Origin: a virus
Strand: one strand, 5' to 3'
IMG/VR virus record: IMGVR_UViG_3300027896_000010
Location: 32,001-96,000 of that record
DNA length: 64,000 bases
Positions 55,588-64,000 of this stretch are shown piece after piece (position 1 is the stretch's first letter; every line of letters starts with the position of its first letter). The notes under the pieces were generated by a model. It was given only the letters and a program-made list of their open reading frames with translations, searched no databases and had not been told where the DNA came from. The position numbers and the translations under genes are program-made.

Positions 55588-56339
55588 TCTTCCTCTTCTG
55601 CATTCTCTGCAGAATCAGTCGCTGTATTATCTGGCTCTAGAGGTTCTGCTGGCTTTGCTGGCTCTGCTGGCTCTGCTTCGTCCTCCTCAAACATGTCTTC
55701 CACCGCTTGAGCATTTGTTTGCTGGTCTTTACCTCCACCATAGTAACGGTCAATTTGCCCCTCGAAAATATTCTGTAGGTACTTGGTTGGAGTCTCCGTT
55801 ATCCCCAGCTTCTTAAGGGCATCCTTGGGGAGCTTCTTGCCATCATCAATCTCCAAGTCATACTTGGTGTCGATGCCCGTCCCTAGGCGAGTAAGGATAT
55901 ATGGCTTATCCATCATTGTCCCTCGTCTCTCAAAGCGATTAAGGATAGTAGAATTCAAATCGGTATTGGCCTTAAGCACCAATGCCTTCCTGTCATCTGC
56001 TGGCATAACCAGATAAGCAACCCTGAACGACTTCTTAGTCTTATTGTCGTCTTCAGACGCACAGAGCTTGCAGTTCTCTGGGCAGGGTATATACTGCCAT
56101 CCACCTTTATCTTGAAATACGTGTTCATAGTAGCCAACAGCTACATCGGGGTCATGCATAAAATAGAATTTCTGGCTCTCCCCATCGGCAAGAAATAGGA
56201 AATTACCCCCCGACCCCTTCGCCTTTGCCTCGGCTTTCTTCTGTTCCTCTTCCAGTCCCTTCATCCCTGTTACATACTCTAACGCCATGCTACTCTCTCC
56301 CTTCATCCGTACTTTCGTTGCAATATGGACTTCGTCCAT
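55581..56339 (-). CDS. Single-stranded DNA-binding protein (gp32-like) with acidic tail
   Basis: YYEH....CP..C.LC; R.GTG.DTKY; ends AEEEEW; replisome context. Confidence 0.7.
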   Translation of the reverse strand: MDEVHIATKVRMKGESSMALEYVTGMKGLEEEQKKAEAKAKGSGGNFLFLADGESQKFYFMHDPDVAVGYYEHVFQDKGGWQYIPCPENCKLCASEDDNKTKKSFRVAYLVMPADDRKALVLKANTDLNSTILNRFERRGTMMDKPYILTRLGTGIDTKYDLEIDDGKKLPKDALKKLGITETPTKYLQNIFEGQIDRYYGGGKDQQTNAQAVEDMFEEDEAEPAEPAKPAEPLEPDNTATDSAENAEEEEW

Positions 56340-56758
56340 CGCACCTTGTCTCTACTGCCCAGACCCATCGCTACTATCTCTGCAGAACTCATGCCATCAG
56401 CCAGCAAGCATATGATGTCATAGTGATTAGGATATTCTCGTTCCCAATCAACTTTAATATCAATATCATCGAAGAACTCGACCTGACTTGTAGCAATAGA
56501 GACCTCTGGCCTTTGTTGCCGTTTGGCTTTTCTATTTAACCATATAGTTCTGTTGTGAACCGACTTCCTGATATACGCAAAATTGCTCTGTCTGCTACCA
56601 TTACACCTCCTTGAAGCTCTACAGGCAACCTCCATTAACTCCTGCAATATATCGTCCCTGTCATAATAGTTCTCTGCGTCACAGTGCCCTGCCTCTTTAA
56701 CGAGAAACCACTGATGTGTCTGATAAAAATCCGTGAGCAAATTATCATTTTTCCCCAA
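56303..56758 (-). CDS. Sigma-factor-like protein (region 2-like plus HTH)
   Basis: DRDDILQEL...FAYIRKSVHNR....RK; preceded by TATAAT at 56774-56779. Confidence 0.6.
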   Translation of the reverse strand: MGKNDNLLTDFYQTHQWFLVKEAGHCDAENYYDRDDILQELMEVACRASRRCNGSRQSNFAYIRKSVHNRTIWLNRKAKRQQRPEVSIATSQVEFFDDIDIKVDWEREYPNHYDIICLLADGMSSAEIVAMGLGSRDKVRWTKSILQRKYG

Positions 56759-56782
56759 TTCACCCTCCCTTGTATTATACTG

Positions 56783-57154
56783 CTAAACAACGACCTTTGC
56801 TAATGCATCACAACCAACTATCACCCCATGCTCATCTCTCACAACTTTATCTGGAAATAGCAAATCGTCTCGGTGCCTTGCCGCTTCCGCTACAACCATA
56901 CTAACAATCAGATAAACACCTTCTTTTTTATCGGGAAGCCCTACAACTTCGCCAAATGATTTGGTATTAATAGGCACCCGATGATTATCAATCATTATAT
57001 GGTCACTAGTCTCCCTTATCTCTTCTACCCGTATCGGTGTTTTCTCTGGCTTGATTCGAACTGCATCCAAGCCTTCAGAACCAAAAAACACAATCGCATG
57101 TGGAGTATAATTCAATATCACCACATTATCTTGGTCTGCAATTCTTCTTCGCAT
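56783..57154 (-). CDS. Conserved phage/virus hypothetical protein
   Basis: N.TPH.I...GLP....GV.LIVS.VVA.A...R.DL..P...VRD..G.IVGC. Confidence 0.75.
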   Translation of the reverse strand: MRRRIADQDNVVILNYTPHAIVFFGSEGLDAVRIKPEKTPIRVEEIRETSDHIMIDNHRVPINTKSFGEVVGLPDKKEGVYLIVSMVVAEAARHRDDLLFPDKVVRDEHGVIVGCDALAKVVV

Positions 57155-57183
57155 TATCCAGTCCTTCTCTGGGACGGCTTACA

Positions 57184-58131
57184 CTATGCAAGCCGCATCT
57201 TCAACCCAACAAACGGCCTAGTTTTCCCCAACACCGCCTCAATTTCTTCCTTGCTTAATTCTTGTGGGTCTTTGCGTTCCTTGGGATATCTGGTACACAT
57301 CAAATTGATACCAAACCGTACCATCTTATCGCCCAGCCCATTATCATCATAAAGCGCATCCTTGCCAGCATCGTCGTTATCAAGCATTGAAATAACAGTA
57401 TCGAATTCTGATAGCAACTCCAACTGCCTATCGCCCATGCCCAATCCCAGCAAAGCTACGGCTGGATAGCCATGTTGCCATAACCACATAGTGTCCAATG
57501 AGCCTTCGGTTAATATGACTCTGTTGGTGGAATCAATCATGTTCATCCCAAACAAGATTTCCTGCTTCCATTTGCCACGAGTGTAGAGATATCGTGGTTG
57601 CTGGGAATCACGAATACCCCTCAAAATAAACCCACGCACTATGCCCTTCTCGTCTGGAGCAGGAACCACAATGCGCTCTGTATCGGCATACCATCCCAGC
57701 TTCCATCGCTCTGCCGTTTCCTCTGTAAATCCCCTCTCAGCCAGATATGGATGCAGAGTCTGTTCGTAAGGTATGAATTCAGAGGTGAGTGTCGGCTTCT
57801 TGTCCATCAGCAAGTCTCCAAGGCGGTCTTTCAGCTTCGTGATTGGAATCCCGAACCCACCCTCACTTAACTCTCTAAGCCGCTTCTTAGCGCTCTCAGG
57901 GTCACAGGACTCCATCCTCATAACAAAGCCGACGATGTTACCATGAGCGCCACAGCTAAAACAGTTCCATAAACCAGATTCTCTATTCATACCAAAGTGA
58001 TGATGAACATCATCCTCGTGGAAAGGACAATCAGCATTCAAATCTTCTGGGCTGGTTACAGTTACATTCTCTAGAGCATAGTAATTGAATAGCTCTTCTA
58101 GCTCTAAAAAAACATCCTTAATGCCTATCAT
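57184..58131 (-). CDS. dnaG: DNA primase (CHC2 Zn finger plus Toprim)
   Basis: CPFHED...WNCFSCG; TEGSLD; DND.AG. Confidence 0.9.
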   Translation of the reverse strand: MIGIKDVFLELEELFNYYALENVTVTSPEDLNADCPFHEDDVHHHFGMNRESGLWNCFSCGAHGNIVGFVMRMESCDPESAKKRLRELSEGGFGIPITKLKDRLGDLLMDKKPTLTSEFIPYEQTLHPYLAERGFTEETAERWKLGWYADTERIVVPAPDEKGIVRGFILRGIRDSQQPRYLYTRGKWKQEILFGMNMIDSTNRVILTEGSLDTMWLWQHGYPAVALLGLGMGDRQLELLSEFDTVISMLDNDDAGKDALYDDNGLGDKMVRFGINLMCTRYPKERKDPQELSKEEIEAVLGKTRPFVGLKMRLA

Positions 58132-58433
58132 GGTTCTCGCTTTATGTATGTCAGCTTTTTGCTATCAAAGTCGTAAGCTTCTTCCGATACCCCCGCGACT
58201 TCCTCTTCAAACTCGGCACTATGCTTTTCGCATAATGCCACCATCCTGTCGGTATTCTTACCAGTGATACCCTTCTGAATATCCTCTACGGGATTAGAGA
58301 TTAGCCATATTGCTTTGACAGGTTCCCCACACACATCTTCTTCGTCACCACTAAACTTCTTTCCACATGTCCTTGTGCTAGTACCCTCAGCTACCTCAAC
58401 CTTGGATATCGTCATTAATTTGTCCATTTTCAA
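58128..58433 (-). CDS. Hypothetical protein
   Basis: ORF track; C...C...CEKH. Confidence 0.6.
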   Translation of the reverse strand: MKMDKLMTISKVEVAEGTSTRTCGKKFSGDEEDVCGEPVKAIWLISNPVEDIQKGITGKNTDRMVALCEKHSAEFEEEVAGVSEEAYDFDSKKLTYIKREP

Positions 58434-59776
58434 AGCTCCTCCTCGTCGCCCTCTTCATCCTCTTTAACTTTTTGGGCTTCGTCATCCCAGAACTGCCCAT
58501 CAATCTCTTCTTCTCTAGATGTACCAGTAGAAATTTCATCCAATATACCCTCGTTAACATGGAAATCCATCTTAGTGCTGAGGAACCCCTCTCCACTACG
58601 ATTCTTTATCAAACCGTAATATAGCGCATCTTCGGCCTTATTAATTGATATCACCTTATCAGAATCTGCCCCCAACGCATCTCCAAAACTTATGTGTTCT
58701 AGGCGAGGCAGTAATTCGCCACCTTCTTGCTTCCCAGCACCTGCCCGATTGACTTGAGCCACAGCAATAGAGCATAAGTTATGCTTTACCGCAATCAATT
58801 TAAGACCATTAGAAAGCTGTCTCACCATGACATAGTCTTCGGCTCTCGCCTCGGCTTCAGGTCTTAACAGAGTCAGATAGTCAACCATTATCAGGTCAGG
58901 TTTCTCAAGACTACAATCACTATCAATCCTGCCTATCGTGTATTCTTCTCTTATCTTGCCTATATCAAGGATTTTCAGTTGCCCCTCATATTTTTTATAG
59001 CACTCCTCAAGCAACTCCTTATAGTCTCTGTGGTCGCCACGCCCTTTAGATAAATCTCGGTTGGTTATACCGTAATCCATATCATGCGCTAGGAAGGCAT
59101 GGAGTCTAAACATCACCGCCGTCAGATTCATCTCAAGAGGATAATATACTATCTTACAGCCAGCCTTCAGAGCCGCTTGTATAATCTTAACACCAATCCA
59201 CGACTTGCCCCTACCAGTCCTCCCGATAATAGATACCAACTCTTGCTTTTGGAATCCACCTGCTACATTATCAAAACGATTAAGTCCTGAAGGGATACCA
59301 GTTCCTGTACCGTCCATACGGCCTATAAACTCATCCAGACAAATCTTCCCTGCGCCTTCCTCTTCCATAGAGAATGCATCGACAAGACTGGCAGAAGCGA
59401 CTTGGCCTAACATGTCCTGTATAGTCTGCCCCAACGATTCGATAACAGGTACAATATTCCCCCTGTTTTGAGCCAGCGTCACGGTCTTATCCATTTCTAT
59501 TGCCAAGGAACGCCTTAACTTTTTGTCTATAAGAATTTCGGTAACAACAGAAACATCTTCTTCTGACACATCTTCATGCCGATAAGATTCGAAACGGGCT
59601 TCCATCCCCGCTGGGGTAAGCCCCTCTCCATCCATTAAGCGTTCGGAACCCCATTCAAACATCTCACGGTAAACTGGGTCTCGAAAATGTAATGTTGTTA
59701 TTCCTTTTTCCTGAAAGGGATGTATGCCGAATTGACATAAACAACGAATGGCAAGTTCTTCATGACCAGTTATCAT
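58430..59776 (-). CDS. dnaB: Replicative DNA helicase (DnaB family)
   Basis: GIPSG...FD...GG; GRTGRGKS; LEM; VDYL.L; AQVNR; DSD; KNR.G. Confidence 0.92.
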   Translation of the reverse strand: MITGHEELAIRCLCQFGIHPFQEKGITTLHFRDPVYREMFEWGSERLMDGEGLTPAGMEARFESYRHEDVSEEDVSVVTEILIDKKLRRSLAIEMDKTVTLAQNRGNIVPVIESLGQTIQDMLGQVASASLVDAFSMEEEGAGKICLDEFIGRMDGTGTGIPSGLNRFDNVAGGFQKQELVSIIGRTGRGKSWIGVKIIQAALKAGCKIVYYPLEMNLTAVMFRLHAFLAHDMDYGITNRDLSKGRGDHRDYKELLEECYKKYEGQLKILDIGKIREEYTIGRIDSDCSLEKPDLIMVDYLTLLRPEAEARAEDYVMVRQLSNGLKLIAVKHNLCSIAVAQVNRAGAGKQEGGELLPRLEHISFGDALGADSDKVISINKAEDALYYGLIKNRSGEGFLSTKMDFHVNEGILDEISTGTSREEEIDGQFWDDEAQKVKEDEEGDEEEL

Positions 59777-59988
59777 TTCTTATCTTTTTTCCTATTGGGA
59801 TTAGTACCCATTCGAAAGATATGTAAAGCGCAACCAGCATCAGGACAATCCCTGACAATGGCGAAATTTCCTCCAACACAATCTAAACAATAAAGATGAA
59901 TGCTTTTAACTGGGGTGCGCTTCTCGGGATAATTAGGTCTATTATAGTCGCTCACTGTTCTCCCCCTCCCCGCACTTACGGACGCCAT
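59773..59988 (-). CDS. Small conserved Cys-rich phage protein
   Basis: I..YCLDC.GG....VRDC....C.L..FR.G.NP. Confidence 0.7.
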   Translation of the reverse strand: MASVSAGRGRTVSDYNRPNYPEKRTPVKSIHLYCLDCVGGNFAIVRDCPDAGCALHIFRMGTNPNRKKDKK

Positions 59989-60011
59989 ACACCCCCTCCC
60001 ATATCTAGTGT

Positions 60012-60041
60012 ATTATACGGCAAATATTCAGCTACTGTCAG
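60012..60041 (-). promoter_or_regulatory. Sigma-70-like promoter (CTGACA-N18-TATAAT)
   Basis: -35 at 60036-60041, -10 at 60012-60017, upstream of the helicase-primase operon. Confidence 0.55.
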
Positions 60042-60383
60042 CTATTCTTCCCAAGGACTTTTATCCTCATCTGCGTCAGGGTCTGCTTCGCTAACAGCAA
60101 CGAGCCTCTCGTAACAAGCCTCGCACATAGGAAGACCCCTCTTATCTTCCCACACATAAAAAATCTCACCACAATGATGACATTTTTGTCCTACTACTCC
60201 CTGTGGTGGCTCCTTGACAAGAACAAGGTCTTCGGGCATATCCCAAATATTACCACAATGATTGCAATTGAAAAAACGCTGTTCTCTCCATGTGCTTACA
60301 AATGGACTATTACAGCTAGGACATTTCACACCCAGTCGCTTCCTCTTTATCAAATGCAGGTCTACCCTCAGCGTGTTCATCAC
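60042..60383 (-). CDS. Multi-Zn-ribbon hypothetical protein
   Basis: CPSC, CNHC, CHHC, CEAC. Confidence 0.65.
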   Translation of the reverse strand: MMNTLRVDLHLIKRKRLGVKCPSCNSPFVSTWREQRFFNCNHCGNIWDMPEDLVLVKEPPQGVVGQKCHHCGEIFYVWEDKRGLPMCEACYERLVAVSEADPDADEDKSPWEE

Positions 60384-60807
60384 AAAGAGTATGTAACCAG
60401 CTACCCCGCCTCAATGTTGCTGTCCAAGTCTCACCACATTTCTCACAAGTCATCCCCGATTTCTGTCCAGCCTTTTCTATTCGAGCATAAATTATCCTGT
60501 ACCAGCTATCAGAGAAATCCGTATCTTCATTGTGATAGTTTATGCTAATATAAAAACAAAGTCGCCCAAACTTCTCCTTCACCTGCACAGCGATAATCTC
60601 TATGCCAGTTGCTTTCTGGATAGCATCGAGGTCTTGGCATAATTCATCTACTAGGGTATACCAACCCGCCTGAATGTCAAATCCCCAACACATCAGCGTC
60701 TTGGTTTTGTCTGCACGGCGGTCTCGGAATATATCTGGATATTTCTCTACTATATAGCTATCAAACTCTTCCTTGTCCATTAGGGGCTTCTCTGCCGTGT
60801 CTGTCAT
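60316..60807 (-). CDS. Conserved phage hypothetical protein
   Basis: GWY.LVDELC...QVKEKFG.L.FY...CE.CG...TLC..H. Confidence 0.75.
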   Translation of the reverse strand: MTDTAEKPLMDKEEFDSYIVEKYPDIFRDRRADKTKTLMCWGFDIQAGWYTLVDELCQDLDAIQKATGIEIIAVQVKEKFGRLCFYISINYHNEDTDFSDSWYRIIYARIEKAGQKSGMTCEKCGETWTATLRRGSWLHTLCDEHAEGRPAFDKEEATGCEMS

Positions 60808-60906
60808 TTCATGGTTCCTTTCTTCCTCTCCTGTATTAACACTATAGACATCGATAAGCTATTTCTCCTCTTCGCCCTTCTCTACCTTCTTTGCTTAGCC
60901 ACTTTA

Positions 60907-61371
60907 TCAATTTCTTTCTCCGACCTCAGCCTTGACCTGAGCCATAACCGCCTTGGTTATCGTCGGCAGTTGACCCTTGGCATAATCCGTCAATATCTCA
61001 TAGTTATCGGCAACCCTCTTTCGATAATCTTTATGCCAGAGCATCACTAGCGTAGGTGGTATCTGCCATCCTATTTCGTCAAGAAAGAAGCTAGTCAATA
61101 CCAAGTGAGCGGCACCTCCAGCACCATACTCTCTTACCATCTTTCCACCGATGATAAAATTGAGCTTGGTACTATTATTCTCTTCGGCTGGGATTTCAAT
61201 ATGGTGGCAGTATTTCCAGCGTTCTAAGTCCTTGAAGAAGACCACCAAATCACCACCGTTCCAGTCAGCAACATGCTTCTTTTTATGGGAAGCTTCGACA
61301 GTTGCCATCATGGAATGCTTGGTTTTCTTTTGGGGCTGACTATGCTTCTTCATCTGTTTGAAGACTTCCAT
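60907..61371 (-). CDS. Hypothetical protein
   Basis: ORF track. Confidence 0.6.
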   Translation of the reverse strand: MEVFKQMKKHSQPQKKTKHSMMATVEASHKKKHVADWNGGDLVVFFKDLERWKYCHHIEIPAEENNSTKLNFIIGGKMVREYGAGGAAHLVLTSFFLDEIGWQIPPTLVMLWHKDYRKRVADNYEILTDYAKGQLPTITKAVMAQVKAEVGERN

Positions 61372-61374
61372 ACC

Positions 61375-61743
61375 TTAATCCTCATCGAATGGAAGTTCCC
61401 ACCATCCACGCTCCACCATAACAGCTATTATACCATAGTTGCTCAAATCCTGCCATGTATCAATAACTGTTTCAGCCACTTGCGCTTCCCTTCCTTCCCA
61501 CACCAGACGCTTGAGCCTGTTCACCTTGTCCCAAACCCGAACGAAAATACCCTTAACGCCAAGGGATAATATGTTATCAGGGCCATAATCATTATGCTTA
61601 TGAATCATCAGAGTACGAAGCTCTCCCATAACGATATCAAGTGCGTCTGCCCATGTCTGGGGCAAGTCGCCCTCAATCGGTGGACGTTGATAAGACGCAT
61701 CAATAGCATACTGTCTCAATTCCTCGCCAGTCGTCTTCTCCAT
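61375..61743 (-). CDS. Nucleotide-modification-associated domain 1 (Nmad1/DUF1599-like) protein
   Basis: K..DYG..N....GI.VR..DK.NRL...DT..DL.NYGII. Confidence 0.8.
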   Translation of the reverse strand: MEKTTGEELRQYAIDASYQRPPIEGDLPQTWADALDIVMGELRTLMIHKHNDYGPDNILSLGVKGIFVRVWDKVNRLKRLVWEGREAQVAETVIDTWQDLSNYGIIAVMVERGWWELPFDED

Positions 61744-62022
61744 ACTATAGCTCCTTCGTTATGGGACTATATAAGTAATCCTATGGTCTTCTACCTGAAC
61801 AACCACTGGAACGTTTGCTCGGATATCTCCATGGGCTACCTCTACTGACGGAGCAATCCTTACAGATACACCTACCACTTGAGCCAATAAGAATAGTACA
61901 ATAATCGCCTTCATTCTGCCCCCCCAAGCTTCTGTTCTTATCTCCCTATCGCAATTAAGCGTAATAGTAAATAATCAATGCCAAGACTAAAAACAGGACT
62001 GTAAATCCTGCCACTACCCACA

Positions 62023-62277
62023 TCATTGTTTAGCCTTGACCTTACGGGCTTCCATCAACTGATTCATGAAGCCATTTATGTCGTCCATACAGCCCCTTGA
62101 GTATATACCTTGATTGGTCGGGAAGTAACAATACTGCCGCCATGGCCCGTACCACTTTATGATACCAAGATGGTTTCCAAGATTGTTGTTACGGCACTGC
62201 CAGATGGTCGTCTTGCCAGTGTCCGACACCTGCTCAAAGCTGATGTACTCATACTTGGTCTTCATCGTAACTTCCAT
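62023..62277 (-). CDS. Conserved phage hypothetical protein
   Basis: KT..W.......LG.IKWYGPWRQYC.FP......S.GC..DI..F. Confidence 0.7.
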   Translation of the reverse strand: MEVTMKTKYEYISFEQVSDTGKTTIWQCRNNNLGNHLGIIKWYGPWRQYCYFPTNQGIYSRGCMDDINGFMNQLMEARKVKAKQ

Positions 62278-62744
62278 TCCATATCAGGTTCATATGAAGA
62301 ACACTCTAGCCAGCTTGCCTCATGCCAATAAGCACAATAATTTTTAGGGCAATTCGGTGTTGTATCCAAATCCACAAACCACCGACAAGGACGGGGCTTC
62401 GCGCAGAGATACATTTCGAGATTCTCCACCACATGCTTGAGTGCTGGAGCGTGGGGGCAGGAATCAGGGCCGACAAACCATTCCTTCGTGACGGTTGGCA
62501 ACAGCGGGTGGATGCCCAGTCCGGTTTCATACTTCCACAGTTCTTGTCCCGTCAGAGGGCAGTACCAGAACTTGCCACCTATCCCACGTTCGCCCTTGGA
62601 ATGACTAATCGGGCATTCATCGCATACGTTCATGGCTTCCTCCCGGTGCCGTGGCAGGTGGGACAGGGGACTCTTACTGTCTTCTCCATCCCCCTGACCA
62701 TCTGTAGGGTTAGTCGCTCCTTCCTCCCGCCGCAGTCGGGGCAA
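62262..62744 (-). CDS. Cys-rich hypothetical protein (true start probably MNVCDEC)
   Basis: ORF track; multiple Cys; overlaps the upstream gene. Confidence 0.55.
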   Translation of the reverse strand: MPRLRREEGATNPTDGQGDGEDSKSPLSHLPRHREEAMNVCDECPISHSKGERGIGGKFWYCPLTGQELWKYETGLGIHPLLPTVTKEWFVGPDSCPHAPALKHVVENLEMYLCAKPRPCRWFVDLDTTPNCPKNYCAYWHEASWLECSSYEPDMEWKLR

Positions 62745-63169
62745 AGTTTCCTATTAGGATAAATCTTATAAACTTCTTCCTTCCCTCCTTGTTCCCAAGT
62801 GTGCGTGACCTTCGCCCCTGCCAGCACCGCCTCGATGATGGCGAGGGCTTCGTCAGGGTAAATCTTTTCTTGTAGCTGATTCTCTATCGCTTCCTGCTTT
62901 GCCATTCGTCTTTCAAGAGCCTCTTTCTCGCTAATTTTTTCCACCGCCTGAATTGCTGTCCCATTGTAAGAAGACATTTGGAGCCTATTATTATTAAGTT
63001 TCCACTGCTGTTCTGCAAATGAATCTGCTGGATGAACTATCACTGTAACTCCATAAAGAGTACAATTTTCAAGAACCCCATCCCTCCCTAAATCAATTAT
63101 CCCCATTCCGTTCTTCATAGCCAGCTTCTTCATTAGGTAGTTCCTGAATGCGAACATAACTTTCTTCAT
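62630..63169 (-). CDS. Hypothetical protein with C-terminal CxxCxG Zn motifs
   Basis: CPDCGG...CPTCHGTG. Confidence 0.65.
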   Translation of the reverse strand: MKKVMFAFRNYLMKKLAMKNGMGIIDLGRDGVLENCTLYGVTVIVHPADSFAEQQWKLNNNRLQMSSYNGTAIQAVEKISEKEALERRMAKQEAIENQLQEKIYPDEALAIIEAVLAGAKVTHTWEQGGKEEVYKIYPNRKLCPDCGGRKERLTLQMVRGMEKTVRVPCPTCHGTGRKP

Positions 63170-63443
63170 GCTTACTCCCTCGTCTCCAGTGTGGGCAAAA
63201 CCAGTCTAGTTCTTCATATTCTTCCATCTCTTTACACCAATTGAATCCACTATCAGGGTCAGGCTCAGGGTCGAGATGCTCACAATGATTGCAATCAAAC
63301 TCCCCCAAAATCATAGCATTGATTATAATACAATCATCAGAAGCAAGCTGACAACTATCTTTGGCGTCTATCCTGCAAGCCGTCCAAATCTCGGGGCCGT
63401 CTAGCCGCCTTCTTCCGAAAGTACACCCTTCACACTTATCCAT
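63093..63443 (-). CDS. Cys-rich hypothetical protein
   Basis: ORF track. Confidence 0.55.
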   Translation of the reverse strand: MDKCEGCTFGRRRLDGPEIWTACRIDAKDSCQLASDDCIIINAMILGEFDCNHCEHLDPEPDPDSGFNWCKEMEEYEELDWFCPHWRRGSKHEESYVRIQELPNEEAGYEERNGDN

Positions 63444-63449
63444 TATTTT

Positions 63450-63980
63450 TCACACTTGTCCATGCCCCAGCCAATAGACTTCGGGCTTTAAATCTTCAGG
63501 TATAGAAGTATGTACCAAAATTGTTTCGGCTTGTATCACATAAAGATAGGCTCCAGTCTTTCGACTATGGAAAAACGTATCCATGATTTCAAATTTTTCT
63601 GCTGTGACAGGGTGCATATGTACAACTTCAATGACATACAGAGGGGTTCCCTTATGAAAAATCACTATATCAGGAATAAATAGAACTTTCCCCCTGTCAT
63701 AATTCTCCATAATTCCAAATTCGCCTGTTCTGGTCAGACCACCTGAATCTTCAAAATAAAATACATCACTAGATTCATAAAATGGTATTTCCATATATAC
63801 GCCCCAATTCTTTCTCCAACCAAAATTGGCGAAGTGGCAATCATCATTAGAATTATTTTCGGTTTCTACAAGCCACCCATAAAGCAATTCCTTTGCCAAT
63901 TTATGTTTATAACTTTCTGTATCGTCGGTGAATGGACTCTTTGCAAATTGGCGGCAAGCATCAACCTCCCTGTAACCCAT
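63450..63980 (-). CDS. PD-(D/E)xK-like nuclease domain protein
   Basis: E.P...IPDI......VIEVV..H.V..EK. Confidence 0.6.
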   Translation of the reverse strand: MGYREVDACRQFAKSPFTDDTESYKHKLAKELLYGWLVETENNSNDDCHFANFGWRKNWGVYMEIPFYESSDVFYFEDSGGLTRTGEFGIMENYDRGKVLFIPDIVIFHKGTPLYVIEVVHMHPVTAEKFEIMDTFFHSRKTGAYLYVIQAETILVHTSIPEDLKPEVYWLGHGQV

Positions 63981-64000
63981 TATTTCTCCAAAACAGATTC

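Larger units (their letters stand above)
1..64000 (-). mobile_element. Segment of a large tailed bacteriophage (Caudoviricetes) genome infecting a bacterium, probably an anaerobe
   Basis: TerL, endolysin, DnaB/primase/DnaE/RecA/SSB module, dense co-oriented small ORFs, no host housekeeping genes. GGAGG-type SDs and sigma-like genes point to a bacterial host. Class III RNR suggests an anaerobe. Confidence 0.93.

Noticed and set aside
1-64000. Stop-codon reassignment (alternative genetic code)
   Set aside because: Long conserved genes are intact in code 11, and TAG, TGA and TAA all end genes directly before the next SD or start.
1-64000. Specific host assignment (e.g. a deep-branching anaerobic actinobacterium, suggested by the IPT/TIG style, the lysozyme-like gene and a possible leaderless transcript)
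   Set aside because: Suggestive only; it needs CRISPR-spacer matching or phylogenetics that cannot be done here.

Overview
A 64-kb segment of a large tailed dsDNA bacteriophage, using genetic code 11, with essentially all real genes on the minus strand. In transcription order (high to low coordinates) it contains: (1) small early-type hypothetical genes; (2) a replication/recombination module (DnaB-like helicase, CHC2-Toprim primase, SSB-like protein, DnaE, intein-containing RecA, Cas4-like nuclease, RuvC-like resolvase) with three sigma-factor-like genes; (3) a dispersed set of about 13 glycosylation genes (GT2, GT4, CgeB-type GTs, WecB, DegT-family aminotransferase, acyltransferases, methyltransferases, pyruvyltransferase-like) with no flippase or polymerase, mostly directly upstream of the terminase large subunit; (4) TerL, a nucleotidyltransferase, an Amidase_3 endolysin, phosphoesterase and HD enzymes; (5) two candidate structured ncRNAs; (6) an intein-containing class III RNR (nrdD); (7) a 7.5-kb array with 17 copies of one ~18-aa amphipathic leader helix (MDE-xLExIIxxVVxEVL[G/A]) fused to unrelated acidic cargo domains, resembling microcompartment encapsulation peptides and possibly a capsid-targeting tag; (8) two IPT/TIG adhesin-like appendage proteins sharing a C-terminal ~55-aa module that is also encoded as a stand-alone gene. 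No portal, major capsid, tRNA, CRISPR array or reverse transcriptase was seen. All family assignments come from motif recognition by eye, not database searches.
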